From: an uncultured Chloroflexota bacterium
GTDB lineage: Bacteria; Chloroflexota; Dehalococcoidia; CAUJGQ01
DNA length: 64,000 nt
Assembly (NCBI GenBank): GCA_937879875.1
Contig: CALFMN010000154.1
Coordinates: 2,071 to 66,070 of the forward strand
Direction of reading: 5' to 3'
In this document: one piece after another, positions 18,894-30,393 of the stretch
Position numbering within the stretch: the stretch's first letter is position 1
Layout of the letters: the number at the start of each line of letters is the position of its first letter
Made by a program: the position numbers and the translations under genes
The notes under the pieces: generated by a model
What the model was told of the DNA's origin: nothing
What the model saw: only the letters and a program-made list of their open reading frames with translations
Database searches by the model: none

Positions 18894-19673
18894 CTATTCC
18901 CCGCGGAAGACCGGCGCGCGTTTCTCCGCGAAGGCGCGCGGACCTTCCTTCGCGTCCGCCGTCTGGCCGACGATCCAGCGCAGCGTGGCGCCGAGACGCA
19001 GCGCCTGCGGCATGGAGAGATCGGCCTGCGCATAGCTGATCTCCTTCAGGCCGCGTACGGCCACGGGCGCGTAGCCCGCGATCTTCGCCGCCATCGCCTG
19101 CGCCGCTGGCAGCAGCTCCGCGGCGGGCAGCACGCGGCTGACGATGCCGAACTGCAACGCCTGCTGCGCGTCGATACGCTCACCGAGAAACAGCATCTCG
19201 TTCGCAAATGCCTGCGGAATCGCGCGTGGCAGCCGCATCGGCGCGCCGGCCAGTGGGAAGAAACCCAGCGTGATCTCCGGCAGCGCGAACGAGGCCTGCT
19301 CCGAGGCGATGCGCAGGTCACAGGCGAGCGCGATCTCGAAACCGCCGCCCAGACAGAAGCCGTTGACCGCGGCGATCACCGGCTTTTTGGTGTCGAACGT
19401 GGCAAACGACTCGCGCTCGTCGGTGGCGAAGACTTCGGCGGGGCCGCCGCTGGCGCCCGGGCTGCGGCTGCGCAGATCGGCGCCGGCGCAAAAGGCGCGG
19501 CCGTTGCCCGTAAGCACGGCGACGCGGATCTCGTCGTCGGCGCGCACGCGGCGCAGCGCCTCCATCAGGCCCGCGCCCAGCTCGGCGTTGATCGCGTTGA
19601 GCGCGTCGGGCCGGTTCAGCGTGATCGTCGCCACGCGTTCGTGGATCTCGAAGAGGACGGCTTCGTCGCTCAT
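18894..19673 (-). CDS. Enoyl-CoA hydratase/isomerase (crotonase) family protein
   Basis: ITLNRPDALNAIN and AFCAGADL oxyanion-hole motifs are present. Confidence 0.85.
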   Translation of the reverse strand: MSDEAVLFEIHERVATITLNRPDALNAINAELGAGLMEALRRVRADDEIRVAVLTGNGRAFCAGADLRSRSPGASGGPAEVFATDERESFATFDTKKPVIAAVNGFCLGGGFEIALACDLRIASEQASFALPEITLGFFPLAGAPMRLPRAIPQAFANEMLFLGERIDAQQALQFGIVSRVLPAAELLPAAQAMAAKIAGYAPVAVRGLKEISYAQADLSMPQALRLGATLRWIVGQTADAKEGPRAFAEKRAPVFRGE

Positions 19674-20746
19674 CGCCTGCTCCCGGTTTCAACTTCGCCT
19701 TGCGCGGCCGGCTCGGCGTTCACCTGCTCGATCAGGCGCATCAAGCGGCCCAGTGTCTCCAGGCGCTCGCCCGGCGTCTCGCCCTGCGGGTTGGCGTGCA
19801 GGGTCGTGACGCCGGCGTCGCGGTAGACGCGCAGGCGCTGCTTCACCATCGCCTCGGTGCCGAGCAGGTTGGACTGGATCACGAACTCGTCCGGGATCAG
19901 CGCGGCTGCTTCGTCGCGGCGGCGCTCGAACCAAAGGTCCTGCACCCGCTGCACCAGTTCGCCGTAGCCCTGCCGCGCGTAGGCGTCCTTGTAAAAGTTG
20001 TGATCGCGCGAGCCCATCGCGCCGATCTCGAAGGCGAAGCCCGGCTTGCGCGGCGCGATCAGGCGTTCCAGGTCGTCGCCGAAGGCCACGACGCCGCCCG
20101 CCTGCCGGTCGATCGCGTCGAAGTTGCGGCCGGCGCCCTCGGCGCCGCGGCGCAGCGGGTCGAAGAAGACCTCGGCGTGCTCGGGCATGAACGCGCTGGC
20201 GATCCAGCCGTCGGCGAGGGCGCCGGTCATCTCCAGGCTCTTCGGGCCGAGCGTCGCCAGGTAGATGGGTACATCGGCCGGCGGCGCGCTGCTTTTCAGT
20301 GCCCTGCCTTCGCCGCCCGCCAGCGGCAACTGGTAGACCGCACCGTTGTAGGCCACGCGCTCACCGCGCGCCGCCATGCGCACGATCTCGACCGTCTCGC
20401 GCAGCCGCGTGACCGGCTGTTTGAACGGCACGCCGTGCCAGCCCTCGATCACCTGCGGTCCGCTCGTGCCCAGGCCGAGGATGAAGCGATCGTCCGAAAG
20501 CGCCGCCAGGCTGAGCGCCGTCATCGCCAGCACGGCCGGGGTGCGCGTGCCGGCCTGCACGATCGCGCTGCCCAGCCTGATGCGGCTGGTGCGCGCCGCA
20601 AGAAACGCCAGCGGCGTGATCGCGTCGAAGCCCCAGGCCTCGCTCGTCCAGACCGAGTCCACGCCCAGCCGCTCGGCTTCGAGCACGTAGCCGACCGCCG
20701 CTTCGCGCTGCTGGCGCCCGAGTCCCGCGTGAATCGCCACGCGCAT
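19670..20746 (-). CDS. LLM-class F420-dependent oxidoreductase (luciferase-like monooxygenase family)
   Basis: It has a TIM-barrel LLM N-terminus (LGVDSVWTSEAWGFDAITPLAFLAA) and is 358 aa. It overlaps the crotonase start by 4 bp. Confidence 0.8.
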   Translation of the reverse strand: MRVAIHAGLGRQQREAAVGYVLEAERLGVDSVWTSEAWGFDAITPLAFLAARTSRIRLGSAIVQAGTRTPAVLAMTALSLAALSDDRFILGLGTSGPQVIEGWHGVPFKQPVTRLRETVEIVRMAARGERVAYNGAVYQLPLAGGEGRALKSSAPPADVPIYLATLGPKSLEMTGALADGWIASAFMPEHAEVFFDPLRRGAEGAGRNFDAIDRQAGGVVAFGDDLERLIAPRKPGFAFEIGAMGSRDHNFYKDAYARQGYGELVQRVQDLWFERRRDEAAALIPDEFVIQSNLLGTEAMVKQRLRVYRDAGVTTLHANPQGETPGERLETLGRLMRLIEQVNAEPAAQGEVETGSRR

Positions 20747-20779
20747 GGCGTTCTCCCTGCACTGTCCGCTGCCGCGGGC

Positions 20780-21310
20780 CTATGCCCCGAACCGCTGAGC
20801 GACGGCCTGCAACTGGCGCAAGTGGTCGAGGTCGTGCACGCGCATGAACAGCAGCCACTCGCGCCACGTAAATGCGCCGAAGGTCGGATGCGTGATAGCG
20901 ATCGCCAGATGCTCATCGCCGCTGGCGTTGAGCACCCGCGCGAGCAGTTGTTCCCGCCGCTCATGATAGGTCTGCCAATAGTCTTCGGCCGTTGTGAGGC
21001 CCGCGCTCGTTTCGCCGGAGATCGTATCGCGCACCCGCGGCGGCAGGACGCCGCGCTCAAGGATGCCCTCGATTGCGCGGGCGCCGGTCTCGTTCATCTG
21101 CAGGATGTGCGTGTAGACCTCGGCCGCCGACCAGTCGTCGGGGCCGGGGTGCTCGGCGAAGCGGGCGGCGGGCACCGCGGCGCCGGCCTCGCGCAGCGGC
21201 GCCGCGTCGCGCCGCACCTTTTCGACCAGTTCGGGAATGCTGAGCTTGTTCGCCTGCGCCAGAATATAGCCGCGCACGCGCTGGGCTTCGTCGGTCTGCG
21301 ACGTCATCGC
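20780..21310 (-). CDS. DinB-like four-helix-bundle metal-binding protein
   Basis: His positions (EVYTHIL, HPTFG, VHDLDHL) match the DinB_2 family. Confidence 0.65.
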   Translation of the reverse strand, partial: AMTSQTDEAQRVRGYILAQANKLSIPELVEKVRRDAAPLREAGAAVPAARFAEHPGPDDWSAAEVYTHILQMNETGARAIEGILERGVLPPRVRDTISGETSAGLTTAEDYWQTYHERREQLLARVLNASGDEHLAIAITHPTFGAFTWREWLLFMRVHDLDHLRQLQAVAQRFGA

Positions 21311-21447
21311 TACCCCTCGCACTACGAGCGGACCGCTGTTCCTGTTACCCCGGTAATTGAGATACTATCTTAGAGATAGCTACGGATCAAGCGTCGAAGC
21401 GATGCATCCGCCCGCGGGTGAGACGGCCGCAGCGGCGGGCCGCTAGA

Positions 21448-22167
21448 ATGCGGCTGCACGAGAGCACAAGGGGATCGCCGGACGTGGCGAAGACGCGCAT
21501 CTATCAGCACTTCTGCCCGGTGGCGCGGTCGCTTGAGCTGATCGGCGAGAAGTGGTCGCTGCTGGTGGTGCGCGATCTGCTGCGCGGCCCGCAACGGTTC
21601 ACGGACTTAATGGCTTCGCTCGGCGGCATCACACCCAAATGGCTGACGCTGCGGCTGCGCGATCTGGAGGTGGCCGGCATCGTCGAGCGCGACGCGCAGC
21701 CGGGACGGCGTGAGGTCTGGTACCGGCTGACGACAGCGGGCCGCGACCTGGCGCCGGTGGTCGAGTCGCTTTCGGCCTGGGGCATCGAGCATGCGATCCG
21801 GCCGCCGCAGCTCGGGGAGGCGGTGCACCCGGCGCAAACCATGTCCGGCATCGCCAGCGTCCTGAACCGGCGCGGCCGCGGCCTGGCGCAGCCAGCGGCC
21901 TGGGTGGTGCGCTTCGCTTCCGACCGCGCCTGGACGTTGCGCTACGACGGCGCCCGCTGGTCGGTGCAGCGCGGCGCGGCCGAGCCGGCCGATCTCGTGA
22001 TCGAGGCGACACCGGAGGCCTGGGTGACCTTCCTGCTCACGCCGCCGCCGGAGCGGCCGGCGCTGCTGGGCGGCCTGCGCGTCCTCGGGCCGGCGGAACA
22101 GCTAGAGCAGCTTGTGCAGGGCTTCGGCTGGTGGGAACGGCCGCAGGCAAGCGCCGCCGGACGGTAG
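21448..22167 (+). CDS. HxlR-family transcriptional regulator fused to SCP2-like domain
   Basis: CPVARSLELIGEKWSLLVVRDLLRGPQRFTDL is the HxlR HTH. The C-terminal half resembles a sterol-carrier fold. Confidence 0.65.
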   Translation: MRLHESTRGSPDVAKTRIYQHFCPVARSLELIGEKWSLLVVRDLLRGPQRFTDLMASLGGITPKWLTLRLRDLEVAGIVERDAQPGRREVWYRLTTAGRDLAPVVESLSAWGIEHAIRPPQLGEAVHPAQTMSGIASVLNRRGRGLAQPAAWVVRFASDRAWTLRYDGARWSVQRGAAEPADLVIEATPEAWVTFLLTPPPERPALLGGLRVLGPAEQLEQLVQGFGWWERPQASAAGR

Positions 22168-22253
22168 CCGCGCGGTGCTCGCGCCGCGTAGCCATTGCCA
22201 ACGTCCGGCGGCGCGTTTACCATGCGGGATGAATCGGCCGCGAGGTGGTTTCG

Positions 22254-23060
22254 ATGCGTCCTCTGCCCCGCCGGGTCTACATCGCCGTTGCCGTGGTCGC
22301 CTGCGCCGCGATCGCGGCCTTCGGCGTGGCGATCGCCGTGGCGCCGTTCCATGCGCGGCTCGTCACCTGGCTGATGGCCGGGGAGATCGCCGTGGCGGCC
22401 GCGGCCTCGCTGCTCATGCCGGTGCCGCTGGCCACGCGTACGTTGCACTACGTCACCACTACGCCGATCTTACTGGCCGCCGTGCTGTTGCCCGCGCCGC
22501 TGGCGATGGCGGAAGTCATGCTGGTGTGGATCGCTACGGATCAGGTTCGGCGCATGGACCGAGCGGCCCCGCGCCCCATTCCCTGGGTTGAGACGGCGTT
22601 CAACGCCGCGAAGACCGTGCTGCGTGTCGGCGTGGGGGCCGTGGTTTTCCGCGGGGTGAGCAGCGTGCCGCTGGTGGCCGGCGCACTCAGCGATCGGGTG
22701 CTGTTGGCCGTCGTGGCGGCGGGCGTGGCAATGTACCTGACGAACCAACTGCTCGTGCACGGGATCGTCAGCGTGCAGTCCGGCCGCTGGCGGCTGGCCG
22801 CGCTCGTGCGGCTCGCCCGCGTGGACCTGATGCAGGATGCTTCGTTACTGTTGCTCGGCGTGCTCGGCGCGATCATCGCCGGGCGCGCCCCGCTCGCGAT
22901 CGCCGTGCCGCTCGCCCTCACGATGGTGATCCAGCGCGAGCTGTTGCGCGCGCGTGGCGACACGCTGGTCGACCTCGTCAACACGGACGAAGCGCCGCGC
23001 GCCACCGAGGCAGCGCGCGGCACAGCGCCGCTGACCGCGATGTTCTGGTGGGCCAGCTAG
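22254..23060 (+). CDS. Hypothetical polytopic membrane protein
   Basis: It has 6-7 predicted hydrophobic helices, is Ala/Leu/Val-rich, and has no recognisable catalytic motif. Confidence 0.4.
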   Translation: MRPLPRRVYIAVAVVACAAIAAFGVAIAVAPFHARLVTWLMAGEIAVAAAASLLMPVPLATRTLHYVTTTPILLAAVLLPAPLAMAEVMLVWIATDQVRRMDRAAPRPIPWVETAFNAAKTVLRVGVGAVVFRGVSSVPLVAGALSDRVLLAVVAAGVAMYLTNQLLVHGIVSVQSGRWRLAALVRLARVDLMQDASLLLLGVLGAIIAGRAPLAIAVPLALTMVIQRELLRARGDTLVDLVNTDEAPRATEAARGTAPLTAMFWWAS

Positions 23061-23105
23061 GCGGTCAGCCACCTATGCCATACCCCCGAACCGCACGGCG
23101 CAGGC

Positions 23106-23247
23106 TAGCAGCCGGCACACCAGCTATTGTCGGCGTGTGCCACCGGTGTGGCCTGATGGCCGACGCCGATACCACTGCCCACCACCGCGAAACCCAACAC
23201 CGCTGCCACCAGCAATCCGCGAAGTCCGGAGCTCTTGATCCGACGCA
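23106..23247 (-). CDS. Small secreted/membrane peptide candidate (47 aa, MRRIKSSGLRGLLVAAVLGFAVVGSGIGVGHQATPVAHADNSWCAGC)
   Basis: GAGGAG sits 8 nt upstream of the ATG. An N-terminal signal-like hydrophobic segment is present, and the C-terminus is CAGC. It is not in the ORF track. Confidence 0.35.
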
Positions 23248-23521
23248 TCACGTCACTCCTCTGCGTGGCCTATTCGCCACACCTTGAGCAACGAGTGCCG
23301 GCGCGAGCTCCTGCAGGGGCGTTCGGTAACGAACGAGGAACAGCCGCGTTGCGAGCCGGTCTCCGCGCCATGGCGCATCGGCGCGGAAGGAGGCTGTTCG
23401 GACACATGCGGTGGCGCGGTGGCGGACGCAGCCGCCCACGAGCGGCCGCGTAATTCGCTACACTGACGGCGAACTGCCGCCTCACGGAATGAGCGGCACC
23501 CGACGCACAGGGTCCGCCGCT

Positions 23522-23671
23522 ATGGCCGAGCTGCCGACCGGGACGATCACCTTCCTCTTCACGGACGTGGAGGGCAGCACCCGCCTGGGGGAAGCCTATC
23601 CCCAGGCGATGCGGGCCGTGATGGCCCGCCACGACGCGCTGCTGACGTACCGGAGAGCCGATGCCTGCTGA
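23522..23671 (+). pseudogene. Truncated class III adenylate/guanylate cyclase fragment
   Basis: MAELPTGTITFLFTDVEGSTRLGEAYPQAMRAVMARHDALL is the canonical CYC-domain start. A stop follows after 49 aa, immediately before the vsr-dcm-RE island. Confidence 0.55.
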
Positions 23672-23753
23672 CGGTGAATCTGCCGGCCGCACGCGCCAAC
23701 CGTGGAGTGCCCTTCCACCGTTCGAAGTGCCGTCGGCCACGCGTAGCCGCAAC

Positions 23754-24134
23754 ATGGCGTCGATTCGGGCGGCTGATACGGAACCCGAAGTCTATGTGCG
23801 CCGCGTGCTGCATGCCGGCGGATTCCGCTTCAGGCTGCGTCCACGGTCGCTGCCGGGACGACCGGATCTGGTCTTGCCCCGGTATCGGCTCGCGGTCTTT
23901 GTGCATGGCTGCTTTTGGCACCGCCATGACTGCACCAACGTCAGGGTTCCGCGGACGAACACGGCCTACTGGCGGGCGAAACTTGATGCAAATGCCGATC
24001 GGGATCGGCGCAACGAAGCTTTGCTCGCGCAAGCGGGTTGGGCTGTTCGCATCGTTTGGCAATGCAGGCTGGCCGCGGACACAGCGACTCTGCTGGCCGA
24101 CCTTCGCGTCTTGCGCGAGCGTACGCGGACATAA
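23754..24134 (+). CDS. vsr: Very-short-patch-repair endonuclease
   Basis: FVHGCFWHRH and VPRTNTAYWRAKLDANADRDRRN motifs are present. Confidence 0.85.
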   Translation: MASIRAADTEPEVYVRRVLHAGGFRFRLRPRSLPGRPDLVLPRYRLAVFVHGCFWHRHDCTNVRVPRTNTAYWRAKLDANADRDRRNEALLAQAGWAVRIVWQCRLAADTATLLADLRVLRERTRT

Positions 24135-24176
24135 GGGCCTTGCGCCCCCGCCGCAGGTGCTCGATAGTCTGACAGT

Positions 24177-25196
24177 ATGGAACAGATGAGCTATGTCGAG
24201 AGAATCAACGCCGGCCTGGAGCCGAATCCTCGAACTGAAAGCGTCGTCGTCGATCTGTTCGCCGGTTGCGGTGGCCTGGCCCTCGGGTTTGAGGCGCAGG
24301 GATACGCGACACATGGCTTCGAAATGGACGAGGACTGCTGCGAGACCTACCGGCGGAACCTCAGTGGCCAGTGTTCGCAGGTCTACTTGACCCCTGAAAC
24401 TGAATTGCCGCCGGCCAATGTCGTGATCGGCGGCCCGCCATGTCAGCCATTCAGCGTTGGCGGCAATCAGCTTGGCCGGAGAGATGATCGCGACGGCTTC
24501 CCGACGTTCATCTCGGCTGTCAAACGGCTGAAGCCGGACATCTGGCTGTTTGAAAATGTGCGCGGGATGTTTTACCGCAATCGGAGCTACATGGAACAAG
24601 TCACAGACAGCCTCCGCGGCCTGGGGTATATCGTTGATGCGCGCCTCCTGAACGCCGTGGACTACGGCGTGCCGCAGAACCGGGAGCGGCTGGTAGTTGT
24701 GGGCCATCGCGGCGGCTTTCGGTTTCCTCAGCCGCTAACCCGGCGATTCACCGCGGGTGAGGCGCTGGGGGAATCTGCGTTCGCATGTCCTCCAAATGCG
24801 AAGATCCTGACCGAGAGCATGGATGCGTACGTCGCCCGCTATGAGCGGGCCTCCAAATGCGTCCGCCCGCGAGATCTCCATCTTAATCGGCCGGCCCGTA
24901 CGCTCACGTGCCGCAATCTTGCCGGCGCTACCGGCGACATGCAGCGTGTCCGGCTGCCCGATGGGCGTCGCCGGCGCTTGCTCGTGCGCGAAGCGGCCCG
25001 TTTACAAAGCTTTCCAGACTGGTTCGCGTTCTACGGGTCCGAAGGATCGCAGTTCAATCAGATAGGAAACGCAGTGCCTCCGATGTTCGCGTTCGCGTTA
25101 GCCGCAGCTGTGCGGTCGTATCTGGACGGTATGGGCGAAGCGGCTGAGGTTCCGGCCGAGATGCTAGCCGGCCCGCGGCAACCCTCCCTCTTCTGA
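24177..25196 (+). CDS. dcm: DNA (cytosine-5)-methyltransferase
   Basis: Motif I DLFAGCGG, motif IV GGPPCQPFS, ENV, and QNRERL are present. Local GC is lower than the flanks. Confidence 0.9.
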   Translation: MEQMSYVERINAGLEPNPRTESVVVDLFAGCGGLALGFEAQGYATHGFEMDEDCCETYRRNLSGQCSQVYLTPETELPPANVVIGGPPCQPFSVGGNQLGRRDDRDGFPTFISAVKRLKPDIWLFENVRGMFYRNRSYMEQVTDSLRGLGYIVDARLLNAVDYGVPQNRERLVVVGHRGGFRFPQPLTRRFTAGEALGESAFACPPNAKILTESMDAYVARYERASKCVRPRDLHLNRPARTLTCRNLAGATGDMQRVRLPDGRRRRLLVREAARLQSFPDWFAFYGSEGSQFNQIGNAVPPMFAFALAAAVRSYLDGMGEAAEVPAEMLAGPRQPSLF

Positions 25197-25264
25197 ATTC
25201 GAATCTTGGTGAGGCAGCTTGCTTCCGGATCTAATGGCTGGCGGACAGCGGCGACGGCGGCTCG

Positions 25265-26215
25265 ATGAGCAAGGTGGACGACGCCAGGGATATCCTGCGA
25301 CAACTCGGTTTCGCCGGGGCACAGCAGAGCACGATGTGCGCTCTGACTCTCTTGGCACTTGCTGGCTTGGACGAGTCGACAGCCTGGTCGAGCGCGTCTG
25401 CGCCGCGGCTGGGTATTGCTGGGCCGGATGGAATCATGGCCTTTGTCCGGGACCGGCTTGGTCACCCTTATGCGATGAACACCAGGGAAAGCTTCCGAAA
25501 GCAGGCGTTGCATTACTTCGTGCTTGCTGGAATCGCGCTGCGTAACCCGGACAATCCGGAGCTTGCGACAAATGACCGGCGGAATCACTATGCGCTTCGC
25601 GCTGAAACGGTTACGCTGCTGCAACACTACGGATCCGAGTCATGGCCGGAGCAGTTACGGCGGTTTCAGACAATGCGGCCTGCCTTGACCGACCGCTCGC
25701 GAAAGGTCGCCGACAGCTACCGGCTCAGCCTCGCACTTGATAGCGGAGATGTCATTACGCTGGCCCCCGGTCCGCATAACGTGCTTCAAGCCGCGATTGT
25801 TCGCGAGTTTCGGCCTCGATTTGCGGCAGCGGCACGTCTCCTCTACCTTGGCGACGCTGAGAACAAGACGCTTGTTTATCTCCAGTCTGAACTGGAAGGG
25901 CTGGGAATTTCTCTGTCAAGCCATGACAAGCTGCCCGATATCGTGCTGCACGATCCTGGGAATCGAAGGGTCTTCCTCATCGAGGCGGTGTATTCAACTG
26001 GCCCTGTCTCTCCAAAGCGATTCCTCGAATTGGAAGAGGTGTTCGAACAGACGGGTTTGACCCGCGTGTACGTTACAGCCTTCCCGAACTTCACGACATT
26101 CAAGAAGTATGCAACCATCATCGCGTGGGAGACTGAGGTTTGGCTGGCCGAGGCGCCCGACCACTTGATCCACTTCGACGGCGAAAAGTTTCTGCGTTCA
26201 CTCGCTGAGGGATAG
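25265..26215 (+). CDS. Putative type II restriction endonuclease (BsuBI/PstI-like two-domain architecture, tentative)
   Basis: It lies immediately downstream of dcm and shares its reduced GC. C-terminal PDIVLHD...VFLIEAV resembles a PD-(D/E)xK core. The family assignment comes from memory, not from a search. Confidence 0.5.
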   Translation: MSKVDDARDILRQLGFAGAQQSTMCALTLLALAGLDESTAWSSASAPRLGIAGPDGIMAFVRDRLGHPYAMNTRESFRKQALHYFVLAGIALRNPDNPELATNDRRNHYALRAETVTLLQHYGSESWPEQLRRFQTMRPALTDRSRKVADSYRLSLALDSGDVITLAPGPHNVLQAAIVREFRPRFAAAARLLYLGDAENKTLVYLQSELEGLGISLSSHDKLPDIVLHDPGNRRVFLIEAVYSTGPVSPKRFLELEEVFEQTGLTRVYVTAFPNFTTFKKYATIIAWETEVWLAEAPDHLIHFDGEKFLRSLAEG

Positions 26216-26295
26216 CGCCTCGCCAGTATGGACTACGGCCGCTGCGGAGCGCTGAGATCTGCGCTTGGTTGGTCTGCGGCTATACGCCGGTTTGA

Positions 26296-27888
<1,593 letters not shown>

Positions 27889-27948
27889 GTGACAGGGCAC
27901 AGATGACAGGTTACAGCGGGCTCAGCACAAGACCCTTACTGTCACCTG

Positions 27949-28542
27949 TCACCTGCGTAATCCGCGCAGCAGGCGGTCGAGCGACTCGCCGACCTCGGCG
28001 CGGGTGGCCCGCGGGTCGTCCGCCTGGGCGAGCAGCATGCCCGCCTCACCGAGGGCGCCGAGCAGCATGTGCGCCAGCGGCTCCAGCGGCTGCGGGTCGA
28101 GTTGGCCCGCGTCGACGGCAGCCTGCAGCCCCGCGCGCGTCGCGCCGATGCCGTAGCGCTCGTCCATCTCGCGCCAGGCGGGCCAGCCCATCACGGCGGG
28201 GCCGTCGATCAGCACGATCTGGCGCATCGCCGGCTCAAGGCAGCTATCGAGGAAGGTCTGCATCGCCGTGCGTATCCGCTCCCACGGGTCGGGAATCGCG
28301 CCGGCCGCGGCAGCGAGCCGGTCCATCGACTCCTGCTGCACGTCCTCGACCACGGCGCGGAACAGATCCTGCTTGTCCTTGAAGTGGTAGTACAGCGCGC
28401 CGCGCGTGACGCCGGCCTGGCGCACGATCTCCTCGGTCGCCGTGCCGGCGAAGCCGCGCTCGGTAAACAGGCGCCGGCCCACGTCCAGCAGCAGGCGGCG
28501 CGTTTGCTCGGACCGCTCGGCCTGCTTACCCTTGACATACAT
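27949..28542 (-). CDS. TetR/AcrR family transcriptional regulator
   Basis: The HTH is RRLLLDVGRRLFTERGFAGTATEEIVRQAGVTRGALYYHFKDK. Confidence 0.85.
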   Translation of the reverse strand: MYVKGKQAERSEQTRRLLLDVGRRLFTERGFAGTATEEIVRQAGVTRGALYYHFKDKQDLFRAVVEDVQQESMDRLAAAAGAIPDPWERIRTAMQTFLDSCLEPAMRQIVLIDGPAVMGWPAWREMDERYGIGATRAGLQAAVDAGQLDPQPLEPLAHMLLGALGEAGMLLAQADDPRATRAEVGESLDRLLRGLRR

Positions 28543-28556
28543 ACAGACTGTATGTA
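28536..28556. promoter_or_regulatory. Inverted repeat ATACATACAG-A-CTGTATGTAT overlapping the TetR start region
   Basis: It is a 10-bp arm palindrome, read directly. It is AT-rich relative to the genome and is a likely autoregulatory operator. Confidence 0.4.
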
Positions 28557-28653
28557 TCCTCCAATCACCACGTGGATGATAGCACAGCCGCTGCGGCAGC
28601 GGTGAAAGCCGAGGGGTTCGAATCTCGAGGAAGGCCGGCAGCAGCGGGCACCC

Positions 28654-28878
28654 GGGGCACCTAACCCTGATATCGCTGAAGCGATATCTGTCCCTTCCCG
28701 CCTCGGGAAGGGACTTCTGGAGCGCTCCACTCGCCGTGCGAGGGCAACGGGGCCGGGGTGTCCTTGTGAGACATGCAAACGGATTTTCTCCCGCACCTCC
28801 GGATATCCTCGAAGTCGTCCCTTCCAGTTTCGGGAAGGGACAGCTTTGCCGCCAGGCAAAGCAGGGTTAGGTGCCCCG
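28654..28878. mobile_element. MITE-like repeat, copy A (terminal inverted repeats GGGGCACCTAACCCTGA / TCAGGGTTAGGTGCCCC)
   Basis: The 17-bp terminal inverted repeats are perfect. Internal hairpins (GTCCCTTCCCGCCTCGGGAAGGGAC) and a TGGAGCGCTCCA palindrome are present. ORFs called within it are spurious. Confidence 0.6.
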
Positions 28879-28936
28879 CGCGGCCTCGCCAGGACGCATC
28901 GACCTTCAACCTCATGGAATCACAAGGAGAGCGATC

Positions 28937-29194
28937 GTGACCACGCAAACCAACAACCGTACCGACCTGATCACGCGGCTCGAAGCAGAGCAGACCGCGT
29001 TGCAGGCCGTGCTGCGAGATTTGCCGGAAGAACGCATGGGCGAGACGCTGCTGGGCGTGTGGTCGCTCGGCGACGTCCTCACGCACATCGCGACATGGTA
29101 CGAGCTGGCCACCCGCGATAGCGAACGCGCCATCCACGGTCGGACGCCGGCGCTGGCCACATTTCAGCCTGGCCGCGGCCCGCGTCCGACCTGA
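28937..29194 (+). pseudogene. N-terminal fragment of a ClbS/DfsB(DinB-like)-family protein, truncated at 85 aa
   Basis: A GTG start follows GGAGAG. TTQTNNRTDLITRLEAEQTALQAVLRDLPEERMGETLLGVWSLGDVLTHIATWYE is paralogous to the N-terminus of the frameshifted gene at 40155..40612. It sits right after MITE copy A. Confidence 0.4.
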
Positions 29195-29370
29195 TGCAGC
29201 CGCTCGCCTGGATGCGCGGTTTCCGCACCACCATTATCGGCCTGGCGCTGGCGGGCGTCGGTGCGGCCTGGCTCTGGCAGATCGGCTGGTTGCTGGCCGT
29301 CTCCCTGATCGTCGGCTTCGGCGAAACGCTTGAGTCCTCGCTCGACATCGACGCTTTCGAGAGAGAATAG
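29194..29370 (+). CDS. Small two-helix membrane peptide candidate (58 aa)
   Basis: MQPLAWMRGFRTTIIGLALAGVGAAWLWQIGWLLAVSLIVGF... has a start that overlaps the previous stop (TGATG). There is no further support. Confidence 0.25.
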   Translation: MQPLAWMRGFRTTIIGLALAGVGAAWLWQIGWLLAVSLIVGFGETLESSLDIDAFERE

Positions 29371-29447
29371 GGCGTAGCGCGTAGGGCCGTAGGGAATAGA
29401 GGGGCCTGAAGCCGTCCCTCTACGCCCTACGCCCTCTGCCCTACGCC

Positions 29448-30230
29448 CTACACAACGCCGGAGGTGCCGCCGTCGAAGTTGATGGCGACGCCGGTGATGT
29501 AGGCGGCGCGCTCCGAGCAGAGAAAGGCGATCAGCGCTGCGGCTTCGCTCGTCTCGGCGATGCGGCCGATCGGCACGTTTTCACCCATCCTTGCCCACGC
29601 CTGATCCAACGGCAGATCGGGAAAGCTGGCGAGGGCGCGGCGTTCGAGCTGGGCGCTCTTCACCAGCCCGATGCAGACCGTATTGACGAGGATCTTATCC
29701 TTCGCCAGCTCTTTCGAGAGCGCCTTGGTGAGGGCGATGCCGGCGGCGCGGCTGACGCTTGTGGGCAGGGAGCGGGCGCCCGGCTGCTTGGCGCCGATGT
29801 TGGTCAGGTTGACCACGCGCCCGCCGCCGGCCGCGCGCATCATCGGCACGACGAGGCGCGTGGTGCGTACGGCGGCCATCAGCTTCAGATCGAGGTCGGC
29901 GTACCAGCCTTCGTCGTCCACGCTTTCAAACGGACCAGCGGCCGATGTGCCGGCGTTGTTCACCAGGCGCGTGATCGGCCCTAGCTGCGCGCGTACTGTC
30001 TCCACGCAGCGGGCGATCTCGTTCGGCTTGCGCACGTCGGCCGGCACGGCGATCACGTCGCCGCCGCTCGCCTTGCGGATCTCATCCGCCGCGGCTTCGA
30101 GCACGTCCGGCCGGCGGGCGCAGATCGCCACGCGGGCGCCCTCGTGCGCCAGCGCTTCCGCCGTCGCCTTGCCGATTCCCTCGCTTCCGCCCGTGACAAG
30201 CGCCACCGCGCCGCGCAGCCCCAACTCCAT
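29448..30230 (-). CDS. SDR-family oxidoreductase
   Basis: TGGSEGIGKA Rossmann motif, NNAG, and the catalytic tetrad region S...YxxxK-like segment are present. Confidence 0.85.
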   Translation of the reverse strand: MELGLRGAVALVTGGSEGIGKATAEALAHEGARVAICARRPDVLEAAADEIRKASGGDVIAVPADVRKPNEIARCVETVRAQLGPITRLVNNAGTSAAGPFESVDDEGWYADLDLKLMAAVRTTRLVVPMMRAAGGGRVVNLTNIGAKQPGARSLPTSVSRAAGIALTKALSKELAKDKILVNTVCIGLVKSAQLERRALASFPDLPLDQAWARMGENVPIGRIAETSEAAALIAFLCSERAAYITGVAINFDGGTSGVV

Positions 30231-30393
30231 CGGTGTACCCCTTGCAGCTGACAGGTTACAGGTGCCAGGGGACAGTATGGCCGAAGCTCGTGGCTTATGT
30301 CATGGTGTCTCTTCTCAGAAAGAGAACAAATGTGCTATTTTGAAGCGCATCAGGAGCCTGCGGCAAAACGCGGGCAGCGCGGAGGGATGCACG

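Noticed and set aside
19700-21373. 557-aa plus-strand ORF
   Set aside because: It is antisense to the LLM oxidoreductase and DinB-like genes.
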